Below, piece by piece: positions 1 through 6,850 of a stretch of 12,247 bases of DNA (position 1 is the stretch's first letter; every line of letters begins with the position of its first letter). Source of the stretch: Promethearchaeota archaeon (GTDB lineage: Archaea; Asgardarchaeota; Lokiarchaeia; Sigyniarchaeales; SOKP01); contig JBHLME010000134.1 in NCBI GenBank assembly GCA_048938445.1, positions 1-12,247 of the forward strand, written 5' to 3'. The notes beneath the pieces were generated by a model, which saw only the letters and a list, made by a program, of their open reading frames with translations, ran no database searches and had not been told where the DNA came from. Both the position numbers and the translations under genes were made by a program.

Positions 1-832
1 TAAAAACATTCAAAGTTTCTATATCCTTTATTTTATTATTTGAAAGATCTAAATAGGAAAGATTTGATAATTCTTGAATGCCATCAATAGTGGATATAAT
101 ATTATTTGATAAGTATAGACTTTCAAGAGATTTTAAATTATATAAACCAGGGATATCAGAAAAATATTGAATATTATTTTTAAATTCAGCTTTCCATCCT
201 CTGACTTCAAATTCAACATCAGACAAATCTAATTTTATTAATTTAGTATCTTTTAGTTCATAATAAACGCTATAAAATTTATTTTTTATCGTAAGGATAG
301 TCTTATAGTTTAAAAGAATATCTCCTAAGAGTTCAGAAGATAAATCCTTAAATTTTGTCTTTTTTAATAATACTTTTAACGGTTTCCTAAAATGATTATT
401 AGAAACCATTTGATGAGCGTGTAATTGTTTTAATTTCTTAATCTTTTTTATTTCTTCAAAAAGGATAGTTTTAGATTCTAACGTATCAATTTCTATTAAA
501 GTCTTGATAATTATTGATAGGCATTCAATATCTGTCTCATGCTTTAGACTCCAATTCAATAATGAAATAGAATTTTTTAGATAATGACTTCGAATTATCT
601 TTGCTGTTTGGCATCTAATATTAACATTTGAATCTGAAATGAGCAAGTTTTCAATGAATCTAAATAATTTATCGTCAAATCCTTGAATTTTTCTAATAAT
701 TTTAAGTGAATCCACTCTAAAATTTTCATTATTACTGTTTTCTATCAAGGAAATTAAATAATTTATGGTTGTATCCTTATCTAATTCTTTTTTTTGATAT
801 TTTTGAAAGATTGTTTCTGGAGTTAATTCCAT
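1..832 (-). CDS. HEAT-like N-terminal domain + LRR protein (SDS22/internalin-like 22-aa repeats), partial, runs off the window start; not in the ORF track
   Basis: Manual translation from ATG at 832 gives MELTPETIFQKYQKKELDKDTTINYLISLIENS...FRFIENLLISDSNVNIRCQTAKII...LIKLDLSDVEFEVRGW...GLYNLKSLESLYLSNNIISTIDGIQELSNLSYLDLSNNKIKDIETLNVF, with no stop before base 1. The N-terminus aligns by eye with the two LRR genes at the right end. Confidence 0.9.
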   Translation of the reverse strand, partial: MELTPETIFQKYQKKELDKDTTINYLISLIENSNNENFRVDSLKIIRKIQGFDDKLFRFIENLLISDSNVNIRCQTAKIIRSHYLKNSISLLNWSLKHETDIECLSIIIKTLIEIDTLESKTILFEEIKKIKKLKQLHAHQMVSNNHFRKPLKVLLKKTKFKDLSSELLGDILLNYKTILTIKNKFYSVYYELKDTKLIKLDLSDVEFEVRGWKAEFKNNIQYFSDIPGLYNLKSLESLYLSNNIISTIDGIQELSNLSYLDLSNNKIKDIETLNVF

Positions 833-872
833 TTTTTTAATGAACTATTTATATAATTTAATTCTTAAATTT

Positions 873-2021
873 CTAAAAATATTCTCTCTGTTTAGATAAT
901 TTATCATATAAAGTAGATTTTAACCTATTAAACGGTTTTAGATTTCCTACAAAAGGAGAATCGGTAACATGGGAAAGAAAAGGATTTATGTTATTCTCTA
1001 ATTTATCAAGTTTTCCTAAATTCCCTTCAAAAAGAAAAGAGGTATAATACTCATTTTCTAATTTTTGAAATGTGAGGAAACGATAGTTTTGAAATCCTAA
1101 TTTAACTGCAATCCAACGAGGTATGGCTCCAGTATTACCCAATGTATTTGCCGCTATCGCCTCAATTTTTGCTGTTAGCGTGGATTCTTTTATTTCAGCT
1201 ATTTCATCAGGGTCTTCGAAAACTCCGTGAACATCTATATTCAATTCATCTCCTAATATAAGTGAAATCACACCTATTGATCTTGATGATAATCCAAAAT
1301 AAAATAGTTTTAATTTATCTTCAACATAAGGAATTTCTTGATCAGAAAATACTTCATGTAAAGTGAGATATTCATCCAATATGAATTTAATGATACTTCT
1401 AAACTTTTTTCTAATTTGATGCTTTTCAATTTTTGGTAAGTTATCAACATCTTTTCCTCTAACTAATTCAGAAAAATGTTTATGCATTTGCTCTAAAATC
1501 CATAATCCCTTTTTATCTGGAAATGAACCATATACTATATATATAATATTATCTTTCACAAGAAACTGATTCTTTTCAATCACTTTTGTTTTTTCTGAAA
1601 CTAAAGTCATCTTGTCAAGAACTCCTCCTAAAATACTGGTAGCTATAAAATCCAAATTGTTCGTGAGTTCTAATAAATAAACATACCGAAGATTGTTATG
1701 AAATAATGGAGTCCGGTTAACTGAAGTAATTCCAATTAGTTTTATGTATTCTCCTTCTTTAAGTTCAATTTTCTCGCTATCTATCGTAATATCATATGTC
1801 TTTTTTTTTACTTTTACTTTTCCTTCTAGTTTTTTACTTACTGTGGAATTTTTGGTTTCAAATTGTTTTGGAATTGACTTCTCAGTATTCTCTTCAATAT
1901 CATGTATGCTTGATAAAAAATTCTGACATCGTGGACATTTTTTATCTTTTGGAAATGGTCTGACTACAACATAACCACAAGATTTACATGGAATAGAATC
2001 TTTAGAAAATAGCGTAGGGAT
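873..2021 (-). CDS. Zinc-ribbon + tandem longin-like domain protein (about 382 aa). ORF-track call 873..1655 is probably N-terminally truncated; start probably non-canonical ATC at 2021
   Basis: The frame is stop-free from TAG (873-875) up to 2024, with an in-frame TAA at 2025-2027. The extension reads (I/M)PTLFSKDSIPCKSCGYVVVRPFPKDKKCPRCQNFL..., then a K/E-rich linker, then IKLIGITSVNRTPLFHNNLRYVYLLELTNNLDFIATS. The coding extension is well supported; the exact start and the longin fold are inferred. Confidence 0.7.
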   Translation of the reverse strand: MPTLFSKDSIPCKSCGYVVVRPFPKDKKCPRCQNFLSSIHDIEENTEKSIPKQFETKNSTVSKKLEGKVKVKKKTYDITIDSEKIELKEGEYIKLIGITSVNRTPLFHNNLRYVYLLELTNNLDFIATSILGGVLDKMTLVSEKTKVIEKNQFLVKDNIIYIVYGSFPDKKGLWILEQMHKHFSELVRGKDVDNLPKIEKHQIRKKFRSIIKFILDEYLTLHEVFSDQEIPYVEDKLKLFYFGLSSRSIGVISLILGDELNIDVHGVFEDPDEIAEIKESTLTAKIEAIAANTLGNTGAIPRWIAVKLGFQNYRFLTFQKLENEYYTSFLFEGNLGKLDKLENNINPFLSHVTDSPFVGNLKPFNRLKSTLYDKLSKQREYF

Positions 2022-2026
2022 AGATT

Positions 2027-2034
2027 ATCATCTC
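2027..2034 (-). promoter_or_regulatory. SD-like motif GAGATGAT upstream of the putative ATC start
   Basis: 7/8 match to GAGGTGAT. AGATGA is followed by a 6-nt spacer (TAATCT) and then ATC, the same spacing seen for the 5866 gene and hisG. Confidence 0.5.
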
Positions 2035-2099
2035 TAATTTGATTACTAATAACTATAAAAATAATATATGTTAAAATAATAAATATTTATCTCAAAAAT

Positions 2100-3200
2100 T
2101 CATAAATATTCTGAAGCAATTTCTCTGAATGCATCTAAAAACTTGTTATTTTCTTCTTCTGTTCCAATAGCGACTCTTAAATAATTATAAAGACCTGTTT
2201 TGCTAAAGTGACGCACTAGAATTTTTTTCTTCTCTCTTAGATCCCATAGAAATTTTAATGTAATTGATTTGTTATCAAATTTTATCAAAATGAAGTTGGC
2301 ATCTGATGGTAATACACTAACACCGTTATAATTATTAAGTTCTTCTGTAAGTCTTTGTCTCTCTTCTATTATTTTTTTATTTTGTTTAAAAATTTTCTCT
2401 CTATGTTTAATGCATGCAATCGCAGCAACTTGAGCTAAATAATTTGAATTGTATGGTAATTTAACTTTATTCATTTCATTAATAATATCCTTATCTGCAA
2501 TAGCATAACCAAACCGGAGTGAAGCTAAAGAAAAACCTTTTGAAAAAGTCCTGGCAACTATCAAATTTTTCACTTTTTTCAATAAGGATAGGCTCGTTTG
2601 ATTAGAAAAATCTGCGTATGTTTCATCTACAACGACAATTCCAGGAAAATTGCTACATATTTTTAGAATAGAAGCATTACCAAATGATTTACCATTGGGA
2701 TTATTAGGGGAATTAATAAACATCAATTTACCTTTAGCTGAAAACGCAGGTTCAGGTAAAGTAAAATCTTCATTTAATTTAATTTCATTTACTTTAGCAC
2801 CATATAATGAAGCTAATACGCTATACATACCATAAGAAGGATAAAAATAGACAACTTCATCTCCTGGATCTATGAATACTTTAAAAATAGTATCTAAAAC
2901 CTCATCACATCCATTAGCGATGAAAACCGTGTTTCTATCTGTTAATGTATCTTGTTCCCTCAATAAGACTGATACTATTAATTTCCGAACTTCAAAAGCA
3001 GTAGGATCTGGATATTTTCTAATCTTGTCATTTATTGCATTTTTAATCTCATTTATAACTTCTGGAATGGGGGGATAAGCATTTTCATTAGTATTTAATT
3101 TAACCCATCCATCTCCCTGTGGTTGTTCTCCAGGTTCATAAGCAGCATAATTTTTGAGAGACTTCCTAATAAATTTATCCAGATCCATAATTCTTCCCAT
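2100..3200 (-). CDS. hisC: Histidinol-phosphate aminotransferase (PLP-dependent)
   Basis: Motifs KLNTNENAYPP, YPDP, NGCDE, SPNNPNG, VVDETY, the PLP-lysine motif RTFSKGFSLASLRFGY, and LRVAIGTEEEN. It lies directly downstream of hisD. Alternative ATG at 3188. Confidence 0.93.
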   Translation of the reverse strand: MGRIMDLDKFIRKSLKNYAAYEPGEQPQGDGWVKLNTNENAYPPIPEVINEIKNAINDKIRKYPDPTAFEVRKLIVSVLLREQDTLTDRNTVFIANGCDEVLDTIFKVFIDPGDEVVYFYPSYGMYSVLASLYGAKVNEIKLNEDFTLPEPAFSAKGKLMFINSPNNPNGKSFGNASILKICSNFPGIVVVDETYADFSNQTSLSLLKKVKNLIVARTFSKGFSLASLRFGYAIADKDIINEMNKVKLPYNSNYLAQVAAIACIKHREKIFKQNKKIIEERQRLTEELNNYNGVSVLPSDANFILIKFDNKSITLKFLWDLREKKKILVRHFSKTGLYNYLRVAIGTEEENNKFLDAFREIASEYL

Positions 3201-3265
3201 ATCTTTTTTATTTTTTTTTTACTTATTTTAATAATTTTATAATTTTAGTTATCTATTGACATATT

Positions 3266-4579
3266 TTAATTTTTGTCTTTTAATCTTTCTTCAATTGACT
3301 TTTTATGACCTAATAATCCTTCAAATTCAGCAATTGTCATCGCCGAATCCGCAATTGATTGTAATCCTTCTTTATTGCATTCTAAAACGTCTATTATTTT
3401 AAAAAATTCAAAAACGTTTAATCCAGAATAAATTTTAGCATTTCCTCCAGTAGGTAATATATGGTTGGTTCCGGCAGAGTAATCTCCTAATGGAACTGGT
3501 GAATAAGAACCTAAAAATATTGCTCCTGCATTATTAATCCTATTTAACAATTCTTTAGGATTTTTAGTCATAATTTGTAAGTGTTCTGGTGCTATAATAT
3601 TACTTACTCTAATACATTCATCAATATCAAGAGCTTTAATTATTAGTGAATTTTTTTTTATTGCTTCTTTTATAATCTCTTTTCTTTCTGACTCTTCAAT
3701 AAAAATTCCTATATTTTTCTTTATTCCATCAATAAGATCATTTGAAGGAGTAATTATTATTCCAATATTATCAGGATCATGCTCGATTTGAGATAAAAAA
3801 TCTAAGATGATATAGTTTATAGGTGCAGAATCATCTGCTAATATTAATATTTCCGAAGGTCCTGCAGGATTATCTATGGCAACGATATCACGTAAAAGTT
3901 GCTTACTACCATTAACCCATTTATTGCCAGGACCAACTATTTTTTGAACTTTAGGAATAGTCTCTGTTCCATATGCCATGGCCGAAATCGCTTGAGCACC
4001 TCCAACTTTATAAATGTCTTTTAAACCATACTCATTAGCAGCAACAAGAATTTCAGGTGCAATTTTTTTATCTTTTTGAGGTGGTGAACAAATTATCATT
4101 TTCTTTACTCCAGCAACAAGAGCGGGTGTAATGGCCATTAAGACCGTACTTGGATATATTGCCCTTCCACCAGGAATATAAATTCCAATTGATTCTAACG
4201 GACGATAAACTTGTCCTGCTTTGACTCCTTTTCTTATCTCTATAGACCATTCTTCTCGTAGTTGTGCTTCATGAAATTGAATTAAATTTTGTTTAGCAGT
4301 TCTTATAGCTTCCAATAAGGTTGTTTCAATTTTTTCATATGCTTCTTTTATTTCCTCATCTTTAACTTTTATATCAGATTTTAAAAGTTCAACCTTATCG
4401 AATTTTTTTGAAAGTTTTATTATTGATTCATCACCATTTAACTTTACTTGGTTAATGATATCAATTATTTCACTCTTGATCTCATCAAATTGAGTCATAG
4501 AACGTGGAATATAGCTTGAGATCGTTTCTTCTGTAATTTTTTCTGAATCAATTATTCTTAGAGAATTCAAAAATCTCAT
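3266..4579 (-). CDS. hisD: Histidinol dehydrogenase
   Basis: Motifs GIYIPGGRAIYPSTVLM, VGGAQAISAMAYGTETI, GPGNKWV, PAGPSE, SQIEHD, APEHL, GDYSAGTNHILPT and EGLLGH. ATG at 4579 is preferred over TTG at 4582. Confidence 0.97.
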   Translation of the reverse strand: MRFLNSLRIIDSEKITEETISSYIPRSMTQFDEIKSEIIDIINQVKLNGDESIIKLSKKFDKVELLKSDIKVKDEEIKEAYEKIETTLLEAIRTAKQNLIQFHEAQLREEWSIEIRKGVKAGQVYRPLESIGIYIPGGRAIYPSTVLMAITPALVAGVKKMIICSPPQKDKKIAPEILVAANEYGLKDIYKVGGAQAISAMAYGTETIPKVQKIVGPGNKWVNGSKQLLRDIVAIDNPAGPSEILILADDSAPINYIILDFLSQIEHDPDNIGIIITPSNDLIDGIKKNIGIFIEESERKEIIKEAIKKNSLIIKALDIDECIRVSNIIAPEHLQIMTKNPKELLNRINNAGAIFLGSYSPVPLGDYSAGTNHILPTGGNAKIYSGLNVFEFFKIIDVLECNKEGLQSIADSAMTIAEFEGLLGHKKSIEERLKDKN

Positions 4580-4594
4580 CAAATTTTTATCTAA

Positions 4595-5578
4595 TTATAT
4601 ATTTTCGAAAGGAAGAATCTGACGAGGCTCATGTACAACTAAGCCTTGAGCAAATTTCCTTAATGTGGGAATTAAATTCAAGAATTCTTCTTTCTTAATG
4701 ATTGTATTTATTGCACACCATCCATCCAATCCATCACCTGCTAATTTTGAAATAGTTGGGCGTTTTAATGCGGGTAATTTTTTTAATATTTTATCTAAAT
4801 TCTCTTGTTTGACATTCATGAAAATGTGTAATTTTTTAGAGGCTTCAATTACTCCCATTAAAAGTACTTTTAAATCTTTTATTTTTTCTCGTTTCCATTC
4901 GTTTTTCAAAGCATTTTTATTAGCTATTAAAACTGCTGTAGATCTATCAATTATGTCTATAATTTTCAAGTTATTTGCTCTTAACGTTGAGCCTGTTTGT
5001 GTATTATCAATAATTACATCTACTTCTTCAGGTGGTTTTGCTTCTGTTGCACCAAATGATAAAAATATCTTTACTTTCTCGTTTTCACCCCATGTTTTCC
5101 AAGGTGTTATAACTAAAGGTTCTTTATCACCAAAAATTTCTTTATAAGTTTCATTATTTTTAATATAATTTAAGGATAGAGTTAGATATTCAGTGGAAAT
5201 TCTCAAGATTTTTTTTTCTTCAGAAAAATTTCTTAATAACTCATCTAAAGAATTAATTTTATCCCAAGTATTTGGAACGCAAAGGACTATTTTTACACCT
5301 CCAATCTCCAGATCAAGTACTACTTCTACGTCGGCATTGGTCTCTTTTACCCAATCTATGCCAGAAATTCCTAAATCGAACTCATCTTCACCAATTAAAT
5401 AATTTGGAATTTCTTGCGGACGTAATAACTTCACATATACATCAGGGTCGCTAATTGTTGGTCTATAATCCCTGCTAGAGGAAAATTTTAAATTTAATCC
5501 CGCTCGGTTAAAAAAATCACTTACAACGTCCTGTAAACTTCCTTTTGGAATTGTAAGTTTTAAAAGATTATTACTCAT
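4595..5578 (-). CDS. hisG: ATP phosphoribosyltransferase, long form with C-terminal regulatory domain
   Basis: Motifs IPKGSL, RPQEIPNY, DLGISGIDWVKE, FGATEAKPP, DVIIDNTQTGSTLRANNL, and C-terminal LPALKRPTISKL. ATG at 5578 lies 6 nt after CCGTGA (ORF track starts at TTG 5581). Confidence 0.96.
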   Translation of the reverse strand: MSNNLLKLTIPKGSLQDVVSDFFNRAGLNLKFSSSRDYRPTISDPDVYVKLLRPQEIPNYLIGEDEFDLGISGIDWVKETNADVEVVLDLEIGGVKIVLCVPNTWDKINSLDELLRNFSEEKKILRISTEYLTLSLNYIKNNETYKEIFGDKEPLVITPWKTWGENEKVKIFLSFGATEAKPPEEVDVIIDNTQTGSTLRANNLKIIDIIDRSTAVLIANKNALKNEWKREKIKDLKVLLMGVIEASKKLHIFMNVKQENLDKILKKLPALKRPTISKLAGDGLDGWCAINTIIKKEEFLNLIPTLRKFAQGLVVHEPRQILPFENI

Positions 5579-5581
5579 CAA

Positions 5582-5865
5582 TATTCACGGTAAAAATATA
5601 TGTACTTATTTACTTTGTTTTAAATATTAATAATGCAATGATTTTGAAATTTTTGTTTTTTAATTTATTATTCTAGTATTATAGTCAAGGTATTTTATTA
5701 AGGAACAAGTATAAAGAAAGAGTGTTTATATTAATCTCTTATAAATATTTAGAAAAACTAATTTTTAAATGTGTAATCACTACTAATAATATATATAATT
5801 TATTATTACGTAAGTACTATTTAATACTCTTAATGAAATTAAAATAATTCTTTAGGTGAATTTAA
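5582..5865. promoter_or_regulatory. Divergent promoter region (his genes / gelsolin-like gene)
   Basis: A 284-bp, extremely AT-rich non-coding gap between divergent genes with several TATA-like runs. Individual boxes cannot be assigned reliably. Confidence 0.6.
5854..5859 (+). promoter_or_regulatory. Shine-Dalgarno motif AGGTGA
   Basis: Archaeal-type GGTGA core 6 nt upstream of ATG 5866. Confidence 0.75.
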
Positions 5866-6717
5866 ATGGGAGATCTAGCACTAATGTTTCATGTTAAGGA
5901 CGGTGGAGTTTCCGATCCAGTTAAATGGAGTAAGGATAACCTCCAACCTGATCGGTCGATTATCGTTTTAGATGAATCCTCAGCATCACTCTTTCTCTGG
6001 CATGGTCAGAAACAAGGTCTCGTTCAGAGAAGAACCGCCTTAAGACAAGCACAATCATTAAAAGGACATGGATATACAGTTGGAAAAAGTATTATTGGAC
6101 GTGATACAAGAGAAATAATTGAAATTGATGCAAGAAAAGTCGGTAGGGTGCCTGATGATACAGACGCAAACAATAAACTTGAAGACATTTTAAGTAGAAA
6201 GTATAAAGAATTAAATGATTTTGTTGTCACATTTGATTTAGAGGGTGTTGGTCCTTCTAAACCAAAACCGACTCAAGCTAAAGCTAAACCTATTACTATA
6301 GAAACACCTGTCAAAACAACTTCAGTGAAACCAGTTGCAGAACCTATGGCAACTAAAGCTACTGTAGAGAAAAAATCTACTGTTCAAACAAAACCAGCAA
6401 CGCAAACAATCAAACCTGCCTCTGAATATGAAGATAGTACTATAGAATCAATACCTGTACAGAAGTCTCAAGACACTCCTATATCAGATGCTCGAATTGG
6501 ATTATTACTAGTTAGTATTCTTGATAAATATGATGATATATGGATTTCAAAAAAATCCGATGGCAATTATAGCGTAGAGATGATGGATGGACCTATATGT
6601 AGTTTCAAAATTGTAGAAAATGCAATTAAATTCACTCAAAATAGCTTTTCTGGTATTTCTACTAACATAAAGAATCAAATCAAGAAAAAATACGCAGATT
6701 TAGCAAAATTGTTATAA
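5866..6717 (+). CDS. Gelsolin-like domain protein with low-complexity linker and unrecognised C-terminal domain
   Basis: NLQPDRSIIVLDESSASLFLWHGQKQGLVQRRTALRQAQSL fits the gelsolin-repeat pattern L-x-x-x-x-x-(F/I)-(I/V)-L-D...(I/L)-(F/Y)-x-W-x-G...helix A-x-x-x-A-x-x-L. Residues ~130-205 are P/T/K/S-rich. The CDS is secure; the fold call is by eye. Confidence 0.7.
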   Translation: MGDLALMFHVKDGGVSDPVKWSKDNLQPDRSIIVLDESSASLFLWHGQKQGLVQRRTALRQAQSLKGHGYTVGKSIIGRDTREIIEIDARKVGRVPDDTDANNKLEDILSRKYKELNDFVVTFDLEGVGPSKPKPTQAKAKPITIETPVKTTSVKPVAEPMATKATVEKKSTVQTKPATQTIKPASEYEDSTIESIPVQKSQDTPISDARIGLLLVSILDKYDDIWISKKSDGNYSVEMMDGPICSFKIVENAIKFTQNSFSGISTNIKNQIKKKYADLAKLL

Positions 6718-6750
6718 TTTTTTTCTTTTTTTTTCTCATATCTTTTTTTT
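6718..6750 (+). terminator. Oligo-T archaeal intrinsic terminator candidate
   Basis: TTTTTTTCTTTTTTTTTCTCATATCTTTTTTTT immediately follows the TAA of the gelsolin-like gene. Confidence 0.65.
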
Positions 6751-6850
6751 AATTGTATAATAAAAAATTCATTCTAGAACTGTTAATAATTAAATTTTTA
6801 ATGTGATCAATTTTAATATAAATACATACTAAATTCTATATTATATAAAG

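Noticed and set aside
1653-1655. TTG start of the 260-aa ORF
   Set aside because: It falls inside a predicted helix of the first longin-like domain, and the frame continues upstream through a Zn-ribbon motif. An upstream start fits better.
1744-1926. 60-aa plus-strand hydrophobic ORF resembling a small membrane protein
   Set aside because: It is the antisense shadow of the Lys/Glu-rich linker (AAA/GAA read as TTT/TTC) of the extended minus-strand gene.
2079-2090. Perfect palindrome ATAAATATTTAT, with a related TAAATATTTA at 5742-5751, flanking the his genes as a possible operator
   Set aside because: It is pure A/T in an AT-rich genome, and the same 10-mer also occurs inside a coding region (~11437-11446).
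2650-5454. Short ORFs 2650..2835, 2872..3078, 4068..4250, 4665..5147, 5193..5402 and 5272..5454
   Set aside because: All are nested in or antisense to motif-complete hisC, hisD or hisG and show no recognisable motifs.
5806-5818. Short palindromes TTACGTAA and AGTACT upstream of the gelsolin-like gene
   Set aside because: They are too short, and I saw no recurrence in other upstream regions.
6484-6530. Hydrophobic stretch IGLLLVSIL as a transmembrane anchor
   Set aside because: It has only about 9 apolar residues bounded by R and DK, too short for a TM helix. It is more likely a buried core helix.
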